A DNA stretch of 64,000 bases from Sarea resinae (Eukaryota): the NCBI GenBank assembly GCA_026026165.1, contig JAPEUD010000041.1, positions 62,001-126,000 on the forward strand, in the 5' to 3' direction. Numbering within the stretch: position 1 is the first letter of the stretch; each line of letters opens with the position of its first letter. Both the position numbers and the translations under genes were made by a program. Below the pieces are notes generated by a model, which made no database searches, had not been told where the DNA came from, and was given only the letters and a program-made list of their open reading frames with translations. Positions 1 to 13,287 of this stretch are shown piece by piece.

Positions 1-3000
1 AGTCTGCGAGAAACCCGACAGTAGTTATCTGGGGATCCTGTTAGAGTCCTCTTCCCTTCTTTCGTCGGCGGTATCCGCTTGGGTGTTGTGCCCGATAAGC
101 AGTTGGAAATTGCCGCTTTGAGATTAGCTCGGCGAGGACAGCAACGCTCGCGGTGATCGGACAGATTCATGCGACGATTTCCCTCTACTACCATAGAGGT
201 CGGTGTGAATGATGGATGAGTTGCTTGGAGTTGGAAACGTTACCAGTAGAGCATGGCATATCAGATGAATATCAACGGAATGTTTGCATTGATAGCGTGA
301 CAACTTTGCGATGCGGCTCATACGCATTGGATACCCTAAGGTGCTGTTCCTGCAGCTGCTTTCCACTATCGCCATCACCATCATCGATTCATCGCCATCG
401 ACAGATCAACACCTTATGGTCAATGGTAATCGGTGTTGTTCATGCTTATCGCTATACTCTACTCGGAGTAATGATAGATCCCCTCCTGGGACGCCCTACA
501 AAATTCGCTTTCGAACCCTTGATCTCAAGTGAACGGTAAGTCTCTCTACGTAATAAGGGTCCACAAGCCCAAGATCCCACGAGCCCACGACTCGGCGGTC
601 TTCGTATCGCTCTTATCACCCACCTGAATATATGTCATGCAAGATTCTACTCTCACAGTCTTGTGTGGCGAGCTCAGCTACTCGAGGTCGCGGCCCGTAA
701 ATTAGAATCATCTGCATAAAGCCACTTTTGATGTTTTGGCTTCTCTGGCGCTCGTCTCGCTCGCTCGTCTCTTCGTCATGCTTACTCGAGCGTTGTCGAA
801 TGCGCCAAGTGCTTGCATCGTGGCTTGGCTGATACAAAGCACATCCCTGGAGTAGGAAGGTGGACGGATGATACCTATCTCTTGGAGATTGCCAATGAGG
901 TCGTTGCTTTGATCACTGCCGTCCATAGGGATCAAGCTCCTACACTGTCTAATAATACTGCGCAATACCAACGCAGACGAATCGATGGGCGAACACCCAC
1001 ACCAGGAGCAGAAAAAGGAGATACACGGCACAGCAGCGTACGCACGCCTGCAGCTGCAGCAAATGCAGATCTGCTGCACCGCACCCTTTGAGCATGTACG
1101 GAGTGCCGTAAATAGTGGAGGCACCCCCCCCGACAGGCATCTTTATCTGTCTCGGCGTCGATCATCGGCGCTGTCGTCACTGGCAACAGAGACCCAACCA
1201 CACTCGGGAGAAATCCCGAAGTCAGGGGGGGAGAAAAAAGGGTCTCGTCACCTTGGAGATTGGTTCTTGGGTTGCAGTAGCTGTAAGACGACCCGCCGCC
1301 GTCTGCTTGGCAGCCCTCAGCGTCGATGCCGTCGCTTCGCCTCGGCGGTTTCGTGGGGTTTGCCCTCCTTAGCGAGCCCAGAGGCCAGCGGCCAGCGGAG
1401 GCAATTGGATAGGAGCGTCGACTGCCAAGTCGTCCATCTACTATGTAGGAACGGCGCCCTGGTAAGGACCCTGCTGGAGATTATGGACGGGAGCGATACG
1501 AGCGAGTTCGCTTTCATCGGAACGTTGTCAATCATTGGGCGGATAGAGTACTCCGTACACACGACAGACAGATGACGGGCGACGCTATGGTGGGTGAATG
1601 CCGTGCCGACCACACGTATCAATGTATCAAATGCACCCGACATGATTGCATGCAGTCCTCTGCGACTTGAGGTTGTTGCCATTTATCGCTAGGATTGACT
1701 GATTGGGCTCTACTACGTACAGTAATGCGCAGTACGCACCAATGCACCACTTCTGGAGCACGAGATGCGTCGTGCGATCTGCTACATCGTACTTCTGGGC
1801 GGCGACCGCGAGCAAGATCTGGACTGCTCCGGCCGGGCGAGACGCCAATAGTAGCAAGCAGGGGCGGATAAAGGCAGGCCATGTGGCCTGTCCAGGGGCC
1901 AAGAACATTCTGCCGACATTGATCGTACTCATCGTAGGCGGCAACAACTTGGCCGTCTTCCCGCGCAAGACCCAAAGGCAAATCTCGCGCGTGGGCCGAG
2001 GCAAGAGGCTCGCAACGCAATGCAGGTCAAGGGATTCGTGGATCGAGCACGAGATGCGTACGGTAGAGTAAGGTAGGTAGAGATCGCCTCCGAAGCTGGA
2101 GGGCTCCAGCTATCATACCTTTAGGTTAGTAAATGGCCTAATCCCGCTCGATAAAGTACCTAGTACTCATAGTACCTCAGGTACTCTGTCGTAGAGTACC
2201 AAGTGGCTCGCCCCTCGCGTAAGTCGCAGTACTCGCAGTACGCGCGGGCGATGAGCATCAAGGGGACGCGCGTCCGCCACGGAGGGCCCTCCGTGGCCCT
2301 CTCGGTGATCTCCGGTGACATTCTGGTGGAAATCAGCTGCGACGACGGTCGACCTTAGTGCTCGCTTACGGTGGAGGCGTCAGTGGGGCTCGGCCATGGC
2401 TCTCAGGTAGAGTACTACGATACTTCATAGGGGTCTGCTCCGTACCGCCTGTGAAAGGGTGAGAGGAAGACCTCGAAGGTACTCTTCGAATCCCGTTTCA
2501 GATGCCAAACCCGCGCCGAGAGCATCCCCCGTGGAAGTACCGTCCAAGTCTTCGGCACCCTTTTCTTCACGGCCTCAGCGTCACCGACATGTCGATCTCC
2601 AAACTCCCAATCTCCAGCGTCAGCATCCTCAGGACCTACTCTGTGGTGCGTCCTGTAGGCGTCGTAGCGGAAGTAGAGGATTGTACCAGAGTACTCGTGG
2701 TATTGCACTGAATGGAGGACTCCGGACTCGTTATTTCCCTTCACTCCACTGCACTCCACTCCACCCCATCGCACTCCACTCCAGGCCACGCCACTCGATC
2801 CAGACGGGAGTCTTACCCAAGAGGGCGCCTCCATCTTTGCAAGGCCACAGCCCTAATACCTCTTGGGTACTCGCAAGCGGAGTGTCTTCTGGGCCGGGGC
2901 ATCAGGTAGCGGGCCAGGTACCGGACGGTAGCGCCCCATCTCTACTCCGAGTAGTGGCACTTGGTCCTTCGGTCCCTTCGCGAAGCTTACCTCTTTCGCC

Positions 3001-3742
3001 GGGGAGGTAGCCTCAAGTGCCTTCATCATGGATGTTGCAGGTTGCGACGACCCTCGGACGCAGCTACGAACTCGTCCGTACCTGCACATCGACTGCGTAG
3101 CACTTCGTACCCTGCACCGGGACACCATCTACATCCCTGCAAGTACCTGCGTACTGCGCCCTGCTCGACTCCTCGACCACTGCAGCCGCGACTCCTTCGT
3201 CGAACCCTCTTCTCCTTCTCCTTCTCCCCCAACTACGACGGACACCAACGACCAACTACCACCACCTCCACTTCCTCCTCCACCACCACCACACTCACTA
3301 CCACACTCACTACATACCTTCTACTACTGCCAACTAACCGCCGTTCCCTACCATACCTTACCTTTCTTACCTCCAGTCCCTCTTTTACTTTTACCCTTGG
3401 TCTCCTCCCCTGCTCCGTGCCGTTCCCTCTCTTCTCTTTACCTTACACACAGGACAGGCGGTGATTTCGAACAAGTTGATCCTTCAATTCGATACTACTA
3501 GTCTTTGGCACCGCCCGTCAGATTCGACGATAATAATATCACCACCACTGTCTACCGACGATCAAGCCGCCCATTGCCCATTGCAACTGGATCCCATGTT
3601 TGACGGTGCATAGGTGCGACTCAATTCACCGGGGGAATATCTTCCCCACACGCTCCTTCGTCGTTGTCGTTCTATTCTCCCGCGAAGAGACGGCTGCTCG
3701 ATAATCCTCCTCCTCGTCGCCGCTCTTCGACCGTTTTCAACC

Positions 3743-4893
3743 ATGCGGAAAGGCATCTTAATCTTTCTGGTCATCAATTTACTTGTTGTCGCCTTCATCC
3801 TCAACAGTGTCTGGACGCTGCTGTCGTTGTTGCTCCAAGATGGGTCCGATGATGCTATTCACCGAGCCGAGATTCCTGCCCCGAATTCGGGCTTAATCGA
3901 TAATCGTCCTCAAGTAATCCCCAAGATCATCCACCAAACTTACATCAACGAGAGTATACCGGCCCACTGGCGAGACGGGCAACAGAGCTGCATCAAGTTG
4001 CACGACGATTATGAGTACAAGGTTGGTGACTTCGAGCTGCTTCTCTCGGGCGGAGGCTGACTGTGGATGATTAGCTGTGGACCGATAAGAAATCCAGGGA
4101 ATTCATCGCCACGGAATATCCATGGTTTTTGGAGACCTTCGACAATTATAGGTGGCCCATTCAGCGGGCAGACTCTATACGATATTTTGTCCTAGCTCAT
4201 TACGGAGGCATCTACATTGACCTTGATGATGTTCGTTACGCGGGCCCCAGGTGGAGTGACTCTTTGCTAATTGAAACCCCAGGGTTGCAATCGCCGACTC
4301 GACCCTCTACTATCGTACCCCGCTTGGCTGCGCCGCACTACTCCCACCGGAATCTCGAACGATGTCATGGGTGCGGTTCCCCAACATCCATTCTTCCTTC
4401 GCGTCATCGACTCGCTCCAAACGCACAACAAAAATTGGGGACTGCCGTATGTCACGGTCATGTCCACGACTGGTCCGCTCTTCTTGAGTCTTCTCTGGGA
4501 GGAATATATCCGAGAAGGAGCTCCTGATCGCGTGCGGATCTTGATGCCGGACGAATACAACAAGCACGCCTGGAGCTTCTTCAAGATCGTCCGAGGAAGC
4601 AGCTGGCATGGCAAGGACGCCAGGTTTATCTTCTGGGTAGGTTGATGCCGAATCGCTTTCAGCGCCAGCAAGGGCTAATTGAAAAATCATAGGCTGGCCG
4701 TCACTGGTTCTTCCTCACCGTCTGCGGATTTGCCATCGCTGGAGTCGTTGGGACGACTCTCTGGTGGATAGTCGGCCGCGTGTTCCTGGTGGGAGGCGCG
4801 AAAGGCTATGTCCGGGGTCCATGGCGGCGACCAATATTATGGCGACGGGTTAGTCAGAAGGAGTACGAGCTCGGCGACCGACACGAAGTCTGA
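3743..4893 (+). CDS. SUR1: Mannosylinositol phosphorylceramide (MIPC) synthase catalytic subunit, glycosyltransferase family 32 (Sur1/Csh1 family); 4 exons (~3743-4021, 4075-4230, 4283-4636, 4693-4893)
   Basis: N-terminal TM segment MRKGILIFLVINLLVVAFIL; IPKIIHQT; RADSIRYFVLAHYGGIYIDLD (DxD motif); TGISNDVMGAVPQHPFF; GT-AG introns join the frames. Confidence 0.93.
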
Positions 4894-5244
4894 AGCGTTT
4901 GGGTCTATCTGTTTGGTGTATGTGTTGTGTGTTGTGTGCGTATGGGCCCCGGGAAAAAAACATTGCCAAAATAGTTCCTCTCAACTTTTTGCCCTTTTTT
5001 TCTATCATTGTCCGGTGCGTTCTGGAGCTTTTTTGGTGGTTTAGTTGGGTCAGCCCGTCGTCGGTCTATCAGGCAGTCGATCCGCGGCCAGTGTGTCCCC
5101 CGACCGAAAACAAGACGTTTGATTTTGAAAAATCGTCTTTGTCTCAATCAAACCCATCCATCATTGTTTTTATATATCTTCCGTCTCTCCCCCATCCCCC
5201 CCATCTGTATCCCTCTCTCTGGCTCTCTTCGATGTCACTTATTT

Positions 5245-5250
<6 letters not shown>

Positions 5251-5281
<31 letters not shown>

Positions 5282-6280
5282 CGCCCATTGTGTATTTATT
5301 TTCGACCGATGGGCATCGAGAAGCGGGTGGGACTACTGTCCTATACTCTATATACTCTATACATTTACACTTATTACATATCTACAAAACGTACGGATGG
5401 GGTAGATAGGGCCTTGCCGCCTTGGCGCCTTGTCGTCTTGTCGCGTGGTCGCCTTGACGGCATCCCGTACCATACCGTACCGTGCTATAGCTCAGCGGAG
5501 TGTTAGATGATAGTGATTCCACAGTAAGATAGGTGCTTTACGACCGGGCGGTGGGTGGGTGGGTGGCAAGTCTTTTCTATCTCGTATCTCTTATTATGTA
5601 AATTGATTGGGCTCATGTGGGAAGGGAAGGGAAGGGAAGGGAAGGGAAGGGAAGTAAAGTGATGATGCTTGTAGGGTACTTGATCTTACCTTACCTTGCG
5701 TTACGTTACTGTCCTGTCAGTCAGTCGGTCCTGTGGATAGGTGGGTAGGTAGGTGTTTATTTATTGACTTGCTTGCTGTACTGTGCTGTACTGTGCTGTA
5801 CTGTAGTTGTGCTGTGTTTGTCTTCCGAGGTTAAGAGACATGTAGGGAGGGAGGGAGGGAGAGTGGGAGTAGGTGGATGGATAGATAGATAAATAGATAG
5901 ATCGACAGACAGACAGACGGACAGACAGACAGATGGGTCGATGGATAGATAAGTAAATAGCTAGATAGATAAGACGCCTGTAACTAGGAAACATCTAACG
6001 AGAAGGTATTGGAGACCGGAGGTTGAGGTTGGAGGAGTTGCTGGTGAATTGATGGGATGGATGAGGGATGGATGGATGGATGGATGGATGGATCCATGGG
6101 TACTGGAGTGTGATGAATGTGGATGTGTGTGGATGGCGATTTGCATGTGGCTTTGTATGTGATGGCTGGGGTGTATAGGTCGTGGGTACGGGAAAGGCTG
6201 GCGATGATGTTGTTGTCGTTGTTATCTTTGGTAGTGGTGGAATTGATGGTGATGGCGATGGCGATGGCGATGGCGATAAC
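5251..6280. repeat. Microsatellite cluster: (TC)n ~5251-5277, (GGGAA)7 5619-5653, TACTG/TGCTG, (GATA)n, (GACA)n, (GGAT)n, (GATGGC)n
   Basis: Tandem short repeats visible in the convergent intergenic region between SUR1 and the next gene. Confidence 0.95.
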
Positions 6281-6396
6281 AGCCCTCCTCTCCCCCTCCT
6301 CTTCGTGGTCTCGTCAATGGCTTCTCCCTTACAACTATAGAAAAAAAACCCCCAGCTTTCTCCTGCTCTCTCCTACCGCGCTCCCCTGCTCTTTTC

Positions 6397-7083
6397 TTAT
6401 TTCGCATTCTGCGTCTGTCTCTGGCCGCCGCCACCACCAGTAGCAGCCATGACCCAGGCCCTCTCTTCGTCATCCATGGCGTATCTGGCGCGCGCCCGGG
6501 CCAAGCGCTCGCGCTGCAGCACCGAGGTTTCGTATTTGCGCAGGCGCGAGTCGGCTTCGACCATGCCGCCGAGCGTCATGCCGCCCATTTGGAGGAAGCT
6601 GAGAATGAGGAGGTGGGCGTTAGTGATGTGGGTTAAAAAGGGGTGAGGGAAATGAAGAGGAGTGTCGATGATAACGAGAGAGGAAAAGAGAAGAGGAGAG
6701 GTGGAACCGGAGGTGCCGGCGGCTGATGGGAGGTAGGTGTTGTGGCTTACAGTTTGAATTGCTTGGTCAAGCCTCTGTAGACGGGCGAGGTGGCATATGC
6801 TATCACGCCTGCAATGGCGCTCAGGGTGCCGAGCTATGGGGCTTGTTAGCAGCGTCCATCAATCGACCAAAAGAAGAAAAGTCGAGAATAAGGTCGTGGT
6901 AGAGGCTGCGGCAGGATGAAGACGACAGAGATGATGGGCGCCGGCAACGATGGCCCGGGACGTGCTTGATGATGACGAGGGGAGCAAACGCACCTTGGCG
7001 GCCCCGATGGCCGCACCCTTGGTCGCCTCCCATGCGGCCTCGTTGGCCTCGACGTGAGTCTCGAGATTGCCGTGATGGCGCAT
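6397..7083 (-). CDS. Small conserved fungal membrane protein, HIG1/Rcf3-like; 3 exons (7083-6994, 6833-6751, 6598-6397)
   Basis: Spliced product MRHHGNLETHVEANEAAWEATKGAAIGAAK-LGTLSAIAGVIAYATSPVYRGLTKQFKL-FLQMGGMTLGGMVEADSRLRKYE; canonical GT/CTAAC/AG signals; the SPVYRGLT.QFK.F.QM motif resembles HIG1-like supercomplex factors. Confidence 0.75.
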
Positions 7084-8277
7084 TGTGGATGAGTGAGGGT
7101 GTTGTGGTATCGGGAAAGTCGCGATAAGGAATGAGATCTTCCCGTCTTTCTGCGGCGTCGGCTAGATCTCGGCGGTGGCCCAGGCGAGGCGGCGTGTTGT
7201 GTATGTAAGAATGAACTGTCGTGACGATCGTAGCACAGCTAGGTGGGCACGCACGCGGGCAATTTGATCGTCAATGATATGGGGATGACGGGAGTAGAAG
7301 GGTCAAAGGTTTGCGGATGTGAAGTTGGGTGTTGCTGTTCCGTGGGCACGATCGGAACGTCATTCTTATATTTTCCTCCGCCGCAGCGGTCCACTCCGAA
7401 GAGCCGCTGCCGCCGCCGCCGATGCCGCCGATGCCGACGATGCCGGGCCTTTACTTGCAGGACAGACGTTGAAGTCCACCTGCGAAATAGCTCACGATGG
7501 ATATGATTATCGTCGGGAGTCTCTTCTACGACACGAACACGACATGCGATCGAGGATGCGTCCGGAAGGGGGAATGTTGGGTCGGTGGTTGAGAGCGGGG
7601 GGCAAGGGGACGGGTGGGCTGAGGAGGGCGACGAGGACGGGGAGGAGGGGGAGGATTGCGGTCAGGGCTGGACGACAACAATGTGGACGTGGACAGACAC
7701 TGAGGTTGGGGATGCGAGGTTTGTTTCATATTTATGATTCCTATATGATCATATCATCATGGGCGCATGCTTCGATCTTATCGCCTGAGGGATGAGGAGA
7801 GCTCTTGAGTGATGCTGTGACCGTAGCCTCAGGTTGAATAGGTTGAATTGGATCCAGTGGGTGTGGCTCGGCGGCTTGTTTATCCGAAGATCACCCTACA
7901 GAAGGTACCTTACTGCGAGGATGCCCGCGTACCTCTGTACGAAGTACAGATACTCTACACGAAACTGCATCCCTCAATCTCTCAATCTCTCAATCTCTCA
8001 ATGATGGATTGGTAGAGAGGCCGGTGAGTTGATTGCGGAATGAAACGGCTTCGACTTGTTTCTGTGCTGCTGCGAGGGCCTCTCTGTGGCCCTGGGCCTT
8101 ATGCGCGCGGCTACGGAGCACTTCCATGTCTCTCGAGGGGCCTTTTTCTACGGTGACCGATAGGTGCCAATATGCGTCGAACGCGATCGCCGGAACCAGC
8201 CATCAACAATACGGTATCCTTCAGCCATCCGCAACACCAACGGCGACGCCTTCATCAACATTCGCCATACTCGCAAT

Positions 8278-8900
8278 ATGCCGCGGCAAACACAAGTCGC
8301 GCGAAGGACCGGCGGCGGAGTGGCCCCGGGGAGGCGCGTTTCAGCGGCCGCGTCGACGCCAAAGCGAAGGAGTCGAAGAAGTGGTGTGCAGCGTGAGTGA
8401 CGCGACTCTTCTTGGTCCCCTGCGTTTGAATGCGGAAGAATCACACTCGATGTGCAATTGTGGTTGCTGGGACGAGATGAGGCTGATTCGTGTTGATCTC
8501 TACAGCGGGCGATCCTATCCCACACCGCAAGCAACGCCGGTATAGACCCGGTACACTCGCGCTCAAGGAGATCCGCCGATATCAACGGTCGACCGACCTG
8601 CTTCTTCTCAAGCTACCCTTCTCTCGCCTGGTATGCATCGTGACTGATATTTCAACACCGATCATGCTAATGTTGTCCTTGTAGGTCCGCGAAATCGCAA
8701 TGAACCTAGCACCATCACGAGAACTGTTCCGGTGGCAGTCACAAGCCATTCAAGCCCTTCAAGAAGCCGCCGAGGCCTTCCTTGTCCACCTCTTCGAAGA
8801 TACCAATCTCTGTGCTATTCATGCTAAGCGCGTCACCATCATGCAAAAGGACATCCAGCTCGCGAGACGAATCAGGGGCGCCTGGGGTGGTCTAGGCTGA
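8278..8900 (+). CDS. CSE4: Centromeric histone H3 variant (CENP-A/Cse4); 3 exons (8278-8392, 8506-8630, 8685-8900)
   Basis: Histone fold [36 protein letters not shown]...[50 protein letters not shown]; non-H3 N-tail, W in place of the H3 F and C-terminal GAWGGLG point to CENP-A. Confidence 0.96.
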
Positions 8901-11226
8901 TGACTTTTGCGTCGTTGCGCCGTTTTCCATCGTCACGTCATAGCCATCCAAGATCGGGCTCGGGGGAGAGCTCAATGATTGGGATTTGTTGTTTGCGCGG
9001 GTTCATGCTATAGGCTCTTTCTCCTGGTCAAGGTTGTTTCTGGCCGGCAGCGTCTTTTTACGTACTTCTTTTCCAATGGCTGGCTAGCTACCTTCAAGTC
9101 AACCTTCTCGATTGCTTCGTTTCAGGCGTTCGGAAGAGGCGTCATTTCCGAAGCTGGGTGCCTGTTCTCTTCATCCTTGACAGGCAGTCACCTACCAAAT
9201 CTGTTACGGACACTCCTAGCGACCGCAGCAGGATTAGCAAGGGATCCAGATGCCTTTGAGACGCGCTTATATGGAGTTCTGGGAATGGACGTAGAAGAAA
9301 CTCGTCCCAGGGAAGGCTATATTCAAGGGGCTCCCATGTCTAAATAGTAGCTTTTCATCATTGGTACGCAAGGAGACGTCGTCTCCCCTACCCTTTGCTT
9401 TGGCTTCGATATGCTCCTGGCCCGGCACCCATCCAGCATACGATGCGAACCAGTTTAATGAAGCGATCTACTGCGCAAATGAAATCACTTTCCTACTTTA
9501 TGTTGCTCTGTTCCAAGCATGGTATTGCGTAATAATCCCCTGCCAAGCGATGATTGAGTCGTTGCCGTACCTGATACCCCATCGATCCCAAACCTTCAGG
9601 TCGCAACCGAAATCGAGTTGCATGAACGTTGGACTTCCATCCGGACAGAGATGATATGATATCAGATGAGATCCGTCACATCGAGTCCTACAACTACTAT
9701 CCAGAAATCTCATCAAACCTCATCAAATCTCATCAAATCTCATAATCTCAGAAATCTTTCCTACAGGGTTCGTTTGGGTTCGTAAATTATCTCGGTTGAA
9801 CGTCGCAGATTAGATCGGGCCGGTTCCCCCTGCAGCGTTGATCTACAGGGCTGTCATCTCTCCGAAGCCACTCGGTAGCATCACATCTGCTTCGTGCATC
9901 GCTTTCTTCAGCTTCAGCATCCATGAACTTTTCTCCAGCCTTGACTCATCCACTTCCGCTACCACCACTCTATGATGAGATCGAGATATGCATCTACCCG
10001 CTGGGCATCCGCTGGGTTCCCGTCGTCGCCAATCTCGCTCTCCCGAGATCGAAATTGTGGAGGCATCATTGTGCTGCGTGATCTTGAGACCGGGCTTCGA
10101 GACGTTGTAGCCCGCAGTCACACGATATGATTTCGACGAGAGGACTTGCGGACATGGAATCTACTTGTCTCACACTCGCGCCTCTTCTATATGATCCTAG
10201 CATTGAACACGGAAATCAAGCGAACAGCCTCTATCGTTCGTCCCGTTGTTCCGTCTGAATAATTCTCGAGCAAGGTCCGGCTACCTGCATCTCATAGTTG
10301 GGAGTATCTTGAGGCCAAAATTCTACCTCCATGGGGAAAGAGACCACCGCTCCAATATTAATATTCAAGCTGCCTGTTAAAGACAGCCAGTTAAACAGTA
10401 AGTAGTCAGGCACCAAGCGGCTACGTCAACCTGAAATTGAGCCACCAAATCACGCGAACAAATCGCTGCAAGGCTTTCTTCCGAATTGGTGGGGACTGAC
10501 GACCGCTTTGTGCAACCGTCTTAGTTCGTCTCCAAACGGATTCTGTGCCCCCAAATCCGGTCGACCAAGCAATGCTTGGGAAGCGTACCTCGCGCCAATT
10601 GCAGGGCTGCCTGCATGAATCGCCGCCAACGCAAGGGCGCCCTGGTCTCCGGGGACGCCCTTTTCAAGCTTACTTACCCAGCAATACGCAAGGCAAGGAT
10701 TGACCCTTCCTGGAAGTCCAGAAAGTTTTGAAAAATTCAAGCCGAGTCCGACCAGGATGAGATTCAAGTCGGTCTCTCGTTGCTCACAACGCCAGAGGCT
10801 GATGTTGATCCAAAATCCGTACTCTCTAACGCGCCACTGCGAGATCCGTCAGGGTTCCTTTGTTTGACCCTTATCAACGACTGAGATCACATGTGCTGGT
10901 CCGTTTGTGTTCGTTTGTGTACTTTGCCGTTGAGGAAATCTAGTGATACACTTGGTGTTACGCCCAAGTATCGCCCTCCCTTACTGTGACACGTGGATGG
11001 CAGTCTGGTGAAGGAATCCAATATTTAAAAAACGGCATTCCTTTGTTCATTGGAAGAACCATTCCTTTGTTTCGTGTCCAAAATCTTTGTCGTTTTCTTT
11101 TAACAACACCTTTCCTCTCCTAGGAACTTGCTGTCCGTATTCCAGTCCAGTCATTCAGCACTCGTGAACGCAATCCTCCCAACACTTGTGGACGACATCC
11201 TCCATTCGCTCCCACTGTCAAACACG

Positions 11227-11811
11227 ATGGGTCGCTCTATCTCATCAAGCAGCAGCACATCCTCACTCGTTGAGCGTCGGACAAACCCTGGCTACGTCCA
11301 CTCTGGCATCGGTGGTGCTGGCAACTACCACAAAGTCGACTCCTCCACCCCGCCGCCTGCGTCAAGCTCCCAGTTGGTTCTCCCCCCTCGACCAGCCGCC
11401 TCCTTCTCCAGTGGTATCGGTGGTGCTGGGAATATCCACTACGCATGCGAGAGAGCTGTGCTCTCCTCGTACGAGGAACTTGCAAGAGACCGTGCTCGCG
11501 AGAACAATACTCCTACAGTCTACCACGTCGGCATCGGCGGTGCCGGCAATCGTGCGGCGAGATTCACGTCCTCGTCAAGCCTCTCCTCCAATTCGAGCAG
11601 CCAATACAGCAGCACTCCCCTCCCTCTTGGAGCCGCCGATCAACTTATCTTGAAGCTTTCCAAGGTTTTTGGATTTCGGAAAGCTCCCACTACCCAAGAC
11701 GACTCGCTCGTGGCGACTCGAGTTTCCGGCAGAAAGACGTTGTACAGATCACGGCAGTACTCGCAGAGCTCTTTCTTCACCCGCATGCTCAAACCTCAAG
11801 GAACACAGTGA
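11227..11811 (+). CDS. DUF3602 / Par32-like disordered protein with three GIGGAGN motifs
   Basis: HSGIGGAGNY, SSGIGGAGNI and HVGIGGAGNR in a Ser-rich ORF; first ATG at 11227. Confidence 0.8.
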   Translation: MGRSISSSSSTSSLVERRTNPGYVHSGIGGAGNYHKVDSSTPPPASSSQLVLPPRPAASFSSGIGGAGNIHYACERAVLSSYEELARDRARENNTPTVYHVGIGGAGNRAARFTSSSSLSSNSSSQYSSTPLPLGAADQLILKLSKVFGFRKAPTTQDDSLVATRVSGRKTLYRSRQYSQSSFFTRMLKPQGTQ

Positions 11812-12475
11812 GCGGGGAACGGAAAGGCATAGCGAGATTTTGGTGGACGTGGATGATACCAACTGGTCACACTCGGGCACGGCACTGGATGGGAGTTTGG
11901 GAAGTACCACATCTCAGAGAATAGGAAATGGGGGTCTCTTTGAGAGTGGCGATAAGGCTTCATGGTTCTGGGTATCAGCGTTTCTCTTGATTCCAAATGC
12001 ATGGGCTTCAAAAGCGGGCTCATTCCTGTATTTTTCAGAAGATCATTCTTGCACCCGACTGTAGGGCGATAAGAATGCCTAGATAATAGACGTCACACGA
12101 CATAAGGTCCATCTTTTCCGAGTCAATCGCCTGACGGGTATCCCGAGTCCTTCGGCAAGCCGCCTCGAAGGCCTCAAATCATCGACCTTTGTGAATTGTG
12201 AATCCACACGGATGGGAGCACGAGGCTATGTGAAAGTGCGGCGCTACTTGGAAATTCCTGACCCGGCGATAAGCAGACCACTCCCACTCATCGTACTCGT
12301 GCATCTTCCCGCTCATACATAGTAAGGTGACCTTTCCCTTGGCTAGTCGTAAAGGATTCCCACTTGATAGGTTCCATTCCTATATAGCAAGTCCGACGCC
12401 ATTTTCAGTGCTGGTATATCCCCCGCAGGTATCAACCCGTCCCATTAACATATTCTCCACACAGCCATCTCCCCC

Positions 12476-13287
12476 TCAATCCCAATCATCGTCATCATCA
12501 TCGCTCCCGGCACGGTTCCCCGAGAACCCACCCACCCTCCTGCCGACGGGCGTCTTATCGTCCGTTGTCTTCTGTCGCACTAGAACCCCATCCTTCAATA
12601 GTCTCGCCTCCAGTTCTCGTGTGGTGAAATCATCAGTGTTGTAGCCTAGCCCCTCAAACCCGACGATGCGGTCCACGCCGACGCCGTCGATGAAAGAGAG
12701 CACACACGGCAAAACCTGGATCTTGAGCTTGGTGACAAGGAACGGAGCGTTGTCGACGTTGATGCGGAGGAACCGAGTATCGAAGTGCTTGGGGGCGAGT
12801 TCCTGTTTTATGTCGTGAGTCTACATTGGCCCAATTGTTTCCATTGGGCCCCCCCATCCTTTACGACCCAGCTTTTGCGTCTTCCGCCACCACGCCACAT
12901 TGTCCACCACCATCATCATCCCCTGTCTATATATCGAGAGGAATAAGATTCACAAACCTCCAAATGCCCATCCATGATCCGACACCTGTTGAAATCCGGC
13001 TTGAAGAAATGCACCACGCACAATTTGGTCTCGGTCGTGATCTCCATCAGCGCCTTTTCCTCTTTGATCTCCGAGTAAATCCCGTGCGATTGGTTCCGCA
13101 TCGCGCGAGCTCGTGATAATTCGGATGACAGCTGCTGCATGCGCTGCTCGCGGAAGGCGTCTAGGGCTGTCGAATCATTCTCGAGGGCCTCGAGGAGGGC
13201 GTCTTCGTCGTTGTCGGAGTCGCCGTTGCCTGTGGTGGAGGGGTGACGGTCGAGGATGCGGGCTACAGTGGGGTCGAGTGACGGCAT
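12476..13287 (-). CDS. Phosducin-like thioredoxin-fold protein (Plp1/TXNDC9 type); 2 exons (13287-12958, 12802-12476)
   Basis: FREQRMQQL...HGIYSEIKEEK...CVVHFFKPDFNRCRIMDGHLE-ELAPKHFDTRFLRINVDNAPFLVTKLKIQVLPCV...DRIVGFEGLG. Confidence 0.92.

Noticed and set aside
1..3700. Many short overlapping ORFs, including 985-1575, 2459-3010 and an IIHTDLY kinase-like word in 124-384
   Set aside because: No recognisable domains or consistent exon chain; most likely promoter or UTR sequence of SUR1 and a gene beyond the left edge.
8278..8900. Canonical histone H3
   Set aside because: Lacks the ARTKQTARKS tail and carries CENP-A-type residues, so called CSE4.
8979..10800. Short ORFs between CSE4 and the DUF3602 gene; (CATCAAATCT)n at ~9707-9750
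   Set aside because: No family similarity, and the frames are interrupted by stops; the repeat looks like ordinary slippage.
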